Shown here: one piece after another, positions 56,573-64,000 of the stretch | Position numbering within the stretch: position 1 is the stretch's first letter | Layout of the letters: every line of letters starts with the position of its first letter | Sequence record: MW735835.1 | DNA length: 64,000 nt | Direction: 5' to 3' (one strand) | Translations under genes and position numbers: made by a program | The notes under the pieces: generated by a model | Told to the model about the DNA's origin: nothing | Seen by the model: only the letters and a program-made list of their open reading frames with translations | The model's database searches: none

Positions 56573-56581
56573 GGAGCCGTC

Positions 56582-56854
56582 ATGTGCAAGCGTCTCGGTA
56601 AGAAGCACTTCCAGTACGTCGGCACCGATGGCCTGGATAAGTTGAAACAGGACAAGTCCCATTGGAACCCCAAGCGCCGGCTATGGGACACCTATCGGGT
56701 ACAGATCCTGCTTGCCCACACCAACTTGCGGGATGTCTATTGGAATCCCCAGCATAAAACCCCTGCCGGGATCGAGAAGAAGCTCACCCGCGCTAAAGCA
56801 GCTTACTACGCCAAACTCGAGAAGTACTACGAGCGCACTGGCAACGGCAAGTAA
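56582..56854 (+). CDS. basic hypothetical protein
   Basis: 90 aa, AAGGAG RBS. Confidence 0.7.
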   Translation: MCKRLGKKHFQYVGTDGLDKLKQDKSHWNPKRRLWDTYRVQILLAHTNLRDVYWNPQHKTPAGIEKKLTRAKAAYYAKLEKYYERTGNGK

Positions 56855-56893
56855 CTCATCAAGTATTTTCAGCAAAGAAGAAGGAAGAACGAC

Positions 56894-58765
56894 GTGACTG
56901 AAGCAATCCAATACCACGAAGCCCTGGACGAACTGCGCGCAGCCTCCGAGGCTCTCCTGAAAGATGGCGCCGGTGTCATCTTCACCACCCAGTGCCGTAA
57001 GAAGCTGGGCGAACAATATCTGCGCGCGATGGCCAACGCGGCCAAAGAGCTGAACATGGACGTCAACGAGGTGGTCACTCACTTCCGTTGCTCCACCTGC
57101 TCCCGCTTCATGGCCCGTGTGGGTCACCTGGTGATCTCCAACCCGGAAAACCCCTTCGCCGTTCGTTCTGTGTTCTGGAACCCGGCAGTCGTCACCGACC
57201 CGCTGATGAAACTGGTCGTGGCCGAGATGAAGCGTTACGTCGAGAGCGCTCGTATCCAGAACGTCTACAACGTGGACGGCCCGTACAAGCAGTACACCGA
57301 GGTGACCAACCTGGGCGGTAAAGAGTTCCGCCACTACTTCATCCCGCAGGCCGTGCTGACCCACCGCGTCCCGGTGCTGAACAACCCGATCAGCATCGCC
57401 GACTTCTCCAAGAAGTTCGACCAGGTCGCAGCCCTGATCCGTTTCACCGGTGAAGTGTCGCTGGACACCGTGATGTACGTCGACGGCCTGTTCCAGGCGC
57501 GCATGATCGAACACGTCGGCGCGTCCGAGAAGACCATGGGTGATCTGAAGGCCCTGTTGGCCAGCCTGCAAGTGGCCAAGTCCACCTCGGACTACGGCCT
57601 GGCTCAGGGTGACTACAACAAGGAAACCATTCTGGTCAACACCATCTGGATGGCAGCCCTGCGCAACATGAACATGCTGTCGATCCGTGGTTCGATCCTC
57701 GGCAAGCTGCTGGCCTTCACCCACGATGCCCTGGCCAAGGGCGCTCGTGAAGCGCAACTGGACGGCATCAAGAAGTTCTGGGCCACCCAGACCGACGGCC
57801 TGCACTACCAGCGCACCACCCGTGAGGCTAGCGAGTCGCAGCTCTCCAAGACCGCTCGTTTCCTGGAAGAAGGCGGCTGGAACGAGTCGCTGAAGCAGGT
57901 CGAAGCGGCCGAACTGGACCTGCCGGTACTCTGGCAAGCCAAGGAAGCCTGGACGTTCGAAGAAGGCCACAAAGCCATCTCCAACGACTTCGCTGCCTTC
58001 GCGGCCAAGAAGGGCGTCGAGCTGAACGATCCGACTCAACCGAAACCCATCGACCTCGGCTACTTCATCAACGAAGTCCTGCCGTTTGTCGAATCCATGG
58101 GCTTCGTGGCTACCGGCCTGACCTTCATGCCGATCCTGGTGAACCGTATGGCCAACCTGGAAGCCAAGCCGATCTTCGTCTACGACACCCTCGAGAACCG
58201 CGCTCCGTTCATCCCGTGGCGTTACGACCGTAACTACTCGGTGCGTGAGCTGAACCCGCTGGCCAGCCTGACCAAGAACGGCGAGACCGTCCTGCCGGTG
58301 CTGTCGATCACCTCGGATTCCACCATTGGTTACAAGGGCCGTCGTCCTCAGGACAACGACATCTTCTTCCAGTTCGGTGGCATCTCGATGCCGCAAGCGC
58401 CGCGCCCGGCACTCTTCGCCGAGTCCATGGACAAGCAGTTCTACGAGCACCGTCGTGCGATCGAGGACTACTGCCGCAACACCATCGTACCGCGTTCGGA
58501 AACCCAGCAGTCGATCTCGATGGTCTTCGGCCCGCGTCATCCGCAGGACCACTCGAATGTGTTCGTGCTCCTGCACGTGCGTTTCGGTGAAGAAGGCAAG
58601 GCCCGTTTCGGTGCGACCAATGTGACCTACCGCTTCGATGCGCGCGGTTACACCGTCCAGCCGGACCTCAGCAAGTTCGAAGTGATTCGTGACCGGACCA
58701 AGGTCGCCGTCACCGAGCCGACTGAAGCGCCGAAAGTGCCCACGGCAGAAGTCCGCGCACTGTAA
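56894..58765 (+). CDS. large conserved hypothetical protein with CxxC
   Basis: 623 aa; HFRCSTCSRF; ALFAE...RRAIEDY; strong codon bias. Confidence 0.8.
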   Translation: MTEAIQYHEALDELRAASEALLKDGAGVIFTTQCRKKLGEQYLRAMANAAKELNMDVNEVVTHFRCSTCSRFMARVGHLVISNPENPFAVRSVFWNPAVVTDPLMKLVVAEMKRYVESARIQNVYNVDGPYKQYTEVTNLGGKEFRHYFIPQAVLTHRVPVLNNPISIADFSKKFDQVAALIRFTGEVSLDTVMYVDGLFQARMIEHVGASEKTMGDLKALLASLQVAKSTSDYGLAQGDYNKETILVNTIWMAALRNMNMLSIRGSILGKLLAFTHDALAKGAREAQLDGIKKFWATQTDGLHYQRTTREASESQLSKTARFLEEGGWNESLKQVEAAELDLPVLWQAKEAWTFEEGHKAISNDFAAFAAKKGVELNDPTQPKPIDLGYFINEVLPFVESMGFVATGLTFMPILVNRMANLEAKPIFVYDTLENRAPFIPWRYDRNYSVRELNPLASLTKNGETVLPVLSITSDSTIGYKGRRPQDNDIFFQFGGISMPQAPRPALFAESMDKQFYEHRRAIEDYCRNTIVPRSETQQSISMVFGPRHPQDHSNVFVLLHVRFGEEGKARFGATNVTYRFDARGYTVQPDLSKFEVIRDRTKVAVTEPTEAPKVPTAEVRAL

Positions 58766-58772
58766 GTCCCTT

Positions 58773-58796
58773 GGGGGTGGACCTTCCACCCCCTTT
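58773..58796 (+). terminator. hairpin terminator
   Basis: GGGGGTGG/CCACCCCC stem then TTT. Confidence 0.7.
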
Positions 58797-58810
58797 CCAT
58801 TCAAGATTCA

Positions 58811-58834
58811 TTCACTGATACATCATGTCAGTGA
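58811..58834 (+). promoter_or_regulatory. TTCAnnGATACAT-N5-CAGTGA motif, copy 3
   Basis: TTCACTGATACATCATGTCAGTGA, also self-complementary. Confidence 0.55.
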
Positions 58835-58856
58835 ACATCCACTAGGAGTAACACCT

Positions 58857-59984
58857 GTGCTCAAGCCCACCCCGCTCGTACGTACCAAGCGCGATGAAAT
58901 GACCTTCGGCATCCTGCCGGAATACGTTCCCCAGGACCTGGTCGGCAACATGAAAGGCGATGCTCGTCTGTACAGCTCCGACGAGATCTACAACCTGATG
59001 ATGAAGATGGACGAAGGCTTCGTCGGCATGCGTCGTTCGGTCATCGACAAGACCGAAGCTGTACGTCAGCTGATCCTCTACGCCCTGGCCACCAAGCTGA
59101 TCGGCGGCGTGCTGCACTACGCTGTGTACCAGCGTGCTGCTGGCGCTGAAGCCCAGCTGAAAGACGGCTTCTCCATCGGCTTCGGCGGTCACGTCGAGAA
59201 GAAGGACCTGTGCAGCCACGTCTCGCTGGACGAACACGGCAACGAAGTGGAAGTGGAAGAAGTCCCGTCCTCCTTCTACTCCACCATGCGCTCCGGCATC
59301 CGTGAGCTGCAAGAAGAAGTGCTCTTCTACCACCCGAGCGACGTTGAGCGTCCGTTCACCCAGGAAGAGATCCTCAACCACATCGGCGCTGGCTTCGGCT
59401 ACCGTCAGTTCGCGCTGGTGGAAGTGGAGAAGCTCTCCGAAGAACAGCAAGTCGCTTCCAAGTACAACCACGCCCACTTCGCCGTCATCGACGCCGATAT
59501 CCCGGGTGCTGGCGCTCTAGTCGTCGAGAAGGACGTGTTCTTCGCCGGTGACGCATTCCGCGAACTGTTCCAGCAAGAACCGATCCGTCGTGTGCAGGGC
59601 GCCCAACTGGGCAGCAACGTCGTACCGTTCGCCTTCATCAGCGACCGTGACGTCGAAGGCAAGCCGGGCTTCGTCGGTAACACCCACCTGGGTCTGGCAG
59701 CCATCCTGCGCGTTGAAGGCGACATCTCCTTCAAGGTGCTGGAAGAGAAGTACACCACCATTGGTTGGAAGACCAAGGAAGAACTCCTCGAACTGCGCTC
59801 GCGCTGCGAACCGTGGACCCAGTACCTGCTGGAGCACATCGACGCCATCGAACTGATCGCGCGCAACGAGTGCTTCACCCAGCCGCCGCAAATGCAGGCT
59901 GCGCCGACCGTGGAAGAGCTGGCTGCCAAGCAAGCTGAAATCCCGGCCGAAGAAGGCCTGGTGGGCGACGAAACCGTCCACTAA
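58857..59984 (+). CDS. Nudix-family phosphoesterase-like protein with insertion
   Basis: GTG 58857 after AGGAG; SIGFGGHVEKKD...GIRELQEEV; GNTHLG. Confidence 0.7.
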   Translation: MLKPTPLVRTKRDEMTFGILPEYVPQDLVGNMKGDARLYSSDEIYNLMMKMDEGFVGMRRSVIDKTEAVRQLILYALATKLIGGVLHYAVYQRAAGAEAQLKDGFSIGFGGHVEKKDLCSHVSLDEHGNEVEVEEVPSSFYSTMRSGIRELQEEVLFYHPSDVERPFTQEEILNHIGAGFGYRQFALVEVEKLSEEQQVASKYNHAHFAVIDADIPGAGALVVEKDVFFAGDAFRELFQQEPIRRVQGAQLGSNVVPFAFISDRDVEGKPGFVGNTHLGLAAILRVEGDISFKVLEEKYTTIGWKTKEELLELRSRCEPWTQYLLEHIDAIELIARNECFTQPPQMQAAPTVEELAAKQAEIPAEEGLVGDETVH

Positions 59985-59994
59985 GCAGTAACAA

Positions 59995-60027
59995 AGAGGT
60001 GAGGGGTCCGCCCTCACCTCTCTGCCG
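59995..60027 (+). terminator. hairpin with CTGCCG tail
   Basis: 11-bp stem AGAGGTGAGGG/CCCTCACCTCT. Confidence 0.65.
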
Positions 60028-60062
60028 TCTCGCACATTCACCTGATCTATCAAGGAATCATC

Positions 60063-60992
60063 ATGTCTGACAAGAAACCCGCTACTGTTTTCATTGTTCA
60101 TCGCAACGACGCAGTCCTCCCTGACGAGGTGCGTAAGAATTACAACATCTTTGAGATGTCTGAGAAGTGGAGCCTTTCTGCGCTGACGCCGGAGAACTTC
60201 GCGCTCATCAATCCCGAAGACAAGGTCGTTGGTGTCGGTTACACCAAAGACGCCGAAGATGCATTCGGGTTCATCGACCCCGATTACGAGAAACTGTCGA
60301 TGGACGCTGCCAAGCGTTTCTACGCTCGGCCCACTGTTGCCCATTTCTTGGGTCTGCTTCTGGGTTGGTCGATGGTCAACGAAGAGCTGGAGTCTTACGA
60401 CGACGGTGATGGTGCCTCCTGGACCCGTGTCGATGACGAATGCTGGTACGGCGATATCGACTCTGTGATCCTGAACCTCGTCATGCCGAAGGATGGCGGC
60501 GGTGCCTGTGGCTGCGGTAGCAACTACGCCGCTGTGTTGTCGCTGGACAAGTTCCTGCGCACCCAGATGAACCACCCGTTCATCTCCAAGGATGAAGATG
60601 ACATCCGCAAGGGTCATCTCGAAGACACCGTTTATCGTGAAGACCTGCTCGGCCACGCCTTCTGGTTCATTGCCTACGTCATGGACGCGGCGGGGATGAC
60701 CGAACACGGCTCCGGCATTCGTCATGGCTGGCTGCAACTCAAAGGCGTCCTGTTGGCGCTGTTGATCGGCGAATCTATCCGGATGAGCACCTCTCAGGAT
60801 GAGGAAGAGCCGGTCGACCAAGAAGTGCATGACGAATTCAACCCGACTAAAGAAAAGGCCATGGAAGCTGCCATCCATCTGGATAAAGACCTTCAGATGT
60901 TGATGGCTGGAACCTGGGTACCCGATCGCCATTCCTGCGAAGCAGCACTGGATAACGTCGGGGTCGTCCGTCGGTTCATCGAATCCAAGTAA
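60063..60992 (+). CDS. hypothetical protein
   Basis: 309 aa, AAGGA RBS. Confidence 0.75.
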   Translation: MSDKKPATVFIVHRNDAVLPDEVRKNYNIFEMSEKWSLSALTPENFALINPEDKVVGVGYTKDAEDAFGFIDPDYEKLSMDAAKRFYARPTVAHFLGLLLGWSMVNEELESYDDGDGASWTRVDDECWYGDIDSVILNLVMPKDGGGACGCGSNYAAVLSLDKFLRTQMNHPFISKDEDDIRKGHLEDTVYREDLLGHAFWFIAYVMDAAGMTEHGSGIRHGWLQLKGVLLALLIGESIRMSTSQDEEEPVDQEVHDEFNPTKEKAMEAAIHLDKDLQMLMAGTWVPDRHSCEAALDNVGVVRRFIESK

Positions 60993-61033
60993 CTCGCACA
61001 TCCACCTCCGAACATTCATCAAGGAATTTCACC

Positions 61034-62263
61034 ATGCCTGCACAAGTCAACATCAACAACTACGACAACCACCTCGTGATCACCGCCACCGACCAGAGCA
61101 ATCTGGTGGATCATGTCCCGGCGATGGTCTACAAGGCAGTGTTGCGTCCGTACGGCATCGTGCTGATCAAGGACCGTCCGACCTTCACCCTTCCGCAACT
61201 GCGCTTCGGTCGCCATAAGCGTTTCTTCACCCAGATCAGTAACAGCTATGACCGCGATGGCCGTGGCACTGGCGTGCTGTTGGCTGGTGAAAAGGGCACC
61301 GGTAAGTCGCTGATGGCGGAAGAACTGGGCGCCTGGATGATCAAGCAGGACCTGCCGGTGATCATGGTCAGCGAACCCATGTCGGCTGAAGACCTGTCGG
61401 TCGTCATTAAGGCTGTCGGGCCGTGCATGGTGCTCTTCGACGAGTTCGGTAAGGTGTATCACGATGTCCACGAGCGTGAACGCCTGCTGACCCTGTTCTC
61501 GGACACCTCGTTCGTCGGTGTGATGTTCGTCATCACGGGCAACGCTGCCAGTGAGTTCTCCGAGTTCCTGGTTCACCGCCCTCAGCGGTTCCTCTACTGC
61601 ATCAACTACCACAGTGGTGTGGACGAGGAGACCATGGAAGACATCCTTACCACCATGCAGGTCAAGCCGGAGATGCATGAGCTGTTCCGCGAGTACCGGG
61701 TCGATAGCCGTACCCTGAACATCGACTCGCTCATGTGCGTCGTGCGTCAGTCGGCGGACTGCAAGACCCCGGAGGAGCTTGTAGAGCGTTGCGAGATCCT
61801 CAACGTACCGGAACTTCCTAAGAAGCGCTGGTACATCAAGGATGTCGTTCAGCTCAGCACGGACACCGAGGAAGTCAAGCCGTTTGGCTGGGACTTCAAC
61901 GCGAACCGTGTAGGCTTCATCGGCCTGATCGAAGGACGTGTGATGGAAGCCCGCCATATTCGCGATCCAGAGGGCCGTCGTACGTCTGTCGAGTACCAAG
62001 TCTCTGCTGACAACAGCGACGTCAAGATCGTCGTAGAAGGCATGCGCACTTTCGAGGTAACCCTCACTTACGGTTACATGCGCCCATGCTTTGATGCTGT
62101 GAAGCATGGTGAGCCGCACCCTGAGGCGGTTCTTACCAGAGAAAACAACCTCATGGTCCCTTCACGGGCAGGTGGTTTTGGTACGTTCCATTCCGAGGCC
62201 ACCGTGGATAGCGGCTCGCCGCGTGAACCGTGGCGAGCCGTTCAACCGGCAGGCCGTCATTAA
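61034..62263 (+). CDS. AAA+ ATPase
   Basis: Walker A GEKGTGKS, Walker B MVLFDEF, sensor-1 ITGN, Arg-finger HRPQRF. Confidence 0.9.
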   Translation: MPAQVNINNYDNHLVITATDQSNLVDHVPAMVYKAVLRPYGIVLIKDRPTFTLPQLRFGRHKRFFTQISNSYDRDGRGTGVLLAGEKGTGKSLMAEELGAWMIKQDLPVIMVSEPMSAEDLSVVIKAVGPCMVLFDEFGKVYHDVHERERLLTLFSDTSFVGVMFVITGNAASEFSEFLVHRPQRFLYCINYHSGVDEETMEDILTTMQVKPEMHELFREYRVDSRTLNIDSLMCVVRQSADCKTPEELVERCEILNVPELPKKRWYIKDVVQLSTDTEEVKPFGWDFNANRVGFIGLIEGRVMEARHIRDPEGRRTSVEYQVSADNSDVKIVVEGMRTFEVTLTYGYMRPCFDAVKHGEPHPEAVLTRENNLMVPSRAGGFGTFHSEATVDSGSPREPWRAVQPAGRH

Positions 62264-62302
62264 TCCCTGTTCCACCCAACCCAAGGACTAAGGAGTCCAG
62301 CA

Positions 62303-62620
62303 ATGCAAGTGAAAAACCTGAGCAACATCGCTGAAGCCCTGAAAGCCGTCTCCAAAGAAGGCAAGGTCACGTTGGTCATCGACACCCTGAAGAAGCGCGA
62401 CAGCGCAGCTGTGGGCAAGGTCGGTGACGTGTACTTCCAGCTGTCCTTCGACTCGTTGGCTGACGGTATCAAAGCTGGTCGTTCCGTGGAACTGAACGTG
62501 GAAACCGGCGAGGCTGTACTGCTCGACGTTCCTGTCCAGCCAGTGACCAAGGCCGTAGAGCCTACTTCTCGTCCTGGCCGCTCCTGCTCCTCCCGCATCA
62601 GCAACAAGGACATGATGTAA
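62303..62620 (+). CDS. hypothetical protein
   Basis: 105 aa, AAGGAG RBS. Confidence 0.7.
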   Translation: MQVKNLSNIAEALKAVSKEGKVTLVIDTLKKRDSAAVGKVGDVYFQLSFDSLADGIKAGRSVELNVETGEAVLLDVPVQPVTKAVEPTSRPGRSCSSRISNKDMM

Positions 62621-62631
62621 CCACCCCGTTC

Positions 62632-62664
62632 AGAGAGGAGGGCTTCGGCCCTCTTTCTCTTTTG
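62632..62664 (+). terminator. hairpin terminator
   Basis: AGAGAGGAGGGC-TTCG-GCCCTCTTTCTCT then TTT. Confidence 0.7.
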
Positions 62665-62678
62665 TTTGCGAGGAAAGC

Positions 62679-63209
62679 ATGACCACGATCGTTTATCATC
62701 AAGGCGCCATCTACGCGGATCAGGTCCACGTACGTGCTGGCACACCCTGCACCAGCCATCTGGCTGTTAAAATCTTCACCTCTGCCGATAAGCAGTTCGC
62801 CTACGGCGTGAGCGGTCGAGCCATTGCCCCGAAGGAGCGCGAATCTCTCGAACAGATTCTTCGCAAGGGCCTAGAGAAGCTTCTTGTAGCGAACATGGGC
62901 GATTCTATCATGACTCCCATGATCTTCTCTGAAGAGGAAATAGAACGTCTCAGCGATTTCGGTGGTTGGGTCATCATGACCAAGACCAGGGCATTCATTT
63001 GGCTGTCGCGGATGATCCGCGAGGCCACAGGAGCAACCATGGGCGCCGGTACCGGTTGCTGGCTGGTGTGCGGAATGATTTACGGCGGCATGAAGCCGGA
63101 GAAAGCCATTCTTAACACAGGTGACTTGGATTGCTGCACTGGTGGCGGTGTGAACAAGATCAGTGCTAAATCCCTGAAACCCTTCGTCATCAAAGGAGAG
63201 TCCAAATGA
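62679..63209 (+). CDS. Ntn-hydrolase (HslV/proteasome beta-like) peptidase
   Basis: M-TTIVY..GAIYADQ, KIF, GAGTG, D..TGG. Confidence 0.65.
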   Translation: MTTIVYHQGAIYADQVHVRAGTPCTSHLAVKIFTSADKQFAYGVSGRAIAPKERESLEQILRKGLEKLLVANMGDSIMTPMIFSEEEIERLSDFGGWVIMTKTRAFIWLSRMIREATGATMGAGTGCWLVCGMIYGGMKPEKAILNTGDLDCCTGGGVNKISAKSLKPFVIKGESK

Positions 63210-63787
63210 CCCTCGCAGTCTGGCTCGACGACGAAGTCGGCCTTCAAGCCCAGGCCAACCCGATGGAAGGTGTGTACTTCCGCCTACCGGAAGACAACTT
63301 CGATCGTTGCTTCTCCAAGTATGGTTTCGTCTACTCCCTCAAGGAGTTCGAGATCAACTACCCGGCCGTGGTGGAAAATCGCCTCCCGCCAATCCCACGC
63401 CACATCAACAATGCGTCCAGTCAGCTGGTCTACATGCTGATCGATCATTATGGAGAAGTCTGGCAGATCGACTATTGGTCTGATCGCGAAGGCCGCGTCA
63501 ATGCTCCTCAAATGTCCATCTTCTCCATGCCGGCCGGAAAGGTGAAGACCCTGGTAGCGTGCACGGATGAAGGCGATTTGGAGTTGCTCACTGGTTTCGT
63601 CATGGCCAACCGAAACAAAGACGAAATCAACCAGTTCATCTTCGATAAGAAGCTCGGTCACGGCAAACGCCTTACGTGGCTGAGCAAAAAGGACATCGTC
63701 GAACGTCTCAATAAGGAGTTCCCGCTTGAGAAAGATCCCGGTGAAAGTAATCCCTTCGCCCAAGCCATCGCCACCCCCTCGCCCTAA
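63206..63787 (+). CDS. hypothetical protein, possible divergent Ntn partner
   Basis: ATGA overlap; begins M-TLAVW. Confidence 0.65.
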   Translation: MTLAVWLDDEVGLQAQANPMEGVYFRLPEDNFDRCFSKYGFVYSLKEFEINYPAVVENRLPPIPRHINNASSQLVYMLIDHYGEVWQIDYWSDREGRVNAPQMSIFSMPAGKVKTLVACTDEGDLELLTGFVMANRNKDEINQFIFDKKLGHGKRLTWLSKKDIVERLNKEFPLEKDPGESNPFAQAIATPSP

Positions 63788-63925
63788 CGCGGTGGTAACC
63801 TTCTCTCCAGAAGGCAAGATCGTGCTCGGACCTGGGCCTATTGGTGGCCCGGGTAAATAAATACGATCCGACCAAAGATCTATGTAGTAGCACTGTGACA
63901 TCATCCCAAGATCACAAGGAACCCA

Positions 63926-64000
63926 ATGCTGCTGAGCCCGGTCATTGGTCTCCTGTGCCGCCCTAACGTCCTATCCTTCGCCTGGAAGGCGCTGATCAAG
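63926..64000 (+). CDS. 5' fragment of a CDS running off the window
   Basis: ATG after AAGGA; open to the edge. Confidence 0.5.
   Translation, partial: MLLSPVIGLLCRPNVLSFAWKALIK

Noticed and set aside
56681-58804. 707-aa minus-strand ORF and other long antisense ORFs (7005-8777, 5496-6950, 59517-61022, 50446-51714)
   Set aside because: Shadows of high-GC3 plus-strand genes; no RBS, motifs or independent codon signal
1-64000. CRISPR array, rRNA, integrase, transposase, reverse transcriptase
   Set aside because: No regularly spaced repeats or diagnostic motifs found; recurring short hairpins are single intergenic elements

Overview
This window is a unidirectional (+ strand), gene-dense segment of a phiKZ-like (Chimalliviridae-type) lytic jumbo phage. 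The host is probably Pseudomonas, inferred from the SspB C-terminal motif RPSLKVVK. All homology calls are by eye from motifs; no database search was run. Layout: 1-12066 is a head/inner-body and virion module with S-x-E prohead-protease motifs. 12.1-36.6 kb is an accessory block (Macro, SLOG, tmk, degenerate HNH, SspB-like, thyA, SPFH-like lipoprotein, PolX-like NTase, CCA enzyme, HD hydrolase, Tat-signal protein, glycine-zipper protein, AlpA-HTH fusion). 36.8-45.1 kb is a tail-fibre/lectin module. 45.1-64 kb is a second accessory/replication block (GIY-YIG-like, SspB with ClpX tail, NAD-dependent ligase, DHFR, orphan fibre gene, two Nudix proteins, AAA ATPase, HslV/Ntn-like peptidase). No tRNA, rRNA, CRISPR array, reverse transcriptase or integrase was found. 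Best leads: (i) a candidate phage proteolysis-rewiring system made of two SspB-fold adaptors (one with an intact ClpX-docking tail) plus an AAA ATPase near a Thr1 Ntn peptidase; (ii) a ~150-nt structured RNA with a terminal stem and pseudoknot at 43901-44052; (iii) a 10-codon uORF whose stop codon opens an SD-sequestering hairpin; (iv) several recurring phage-specific cis motifs.
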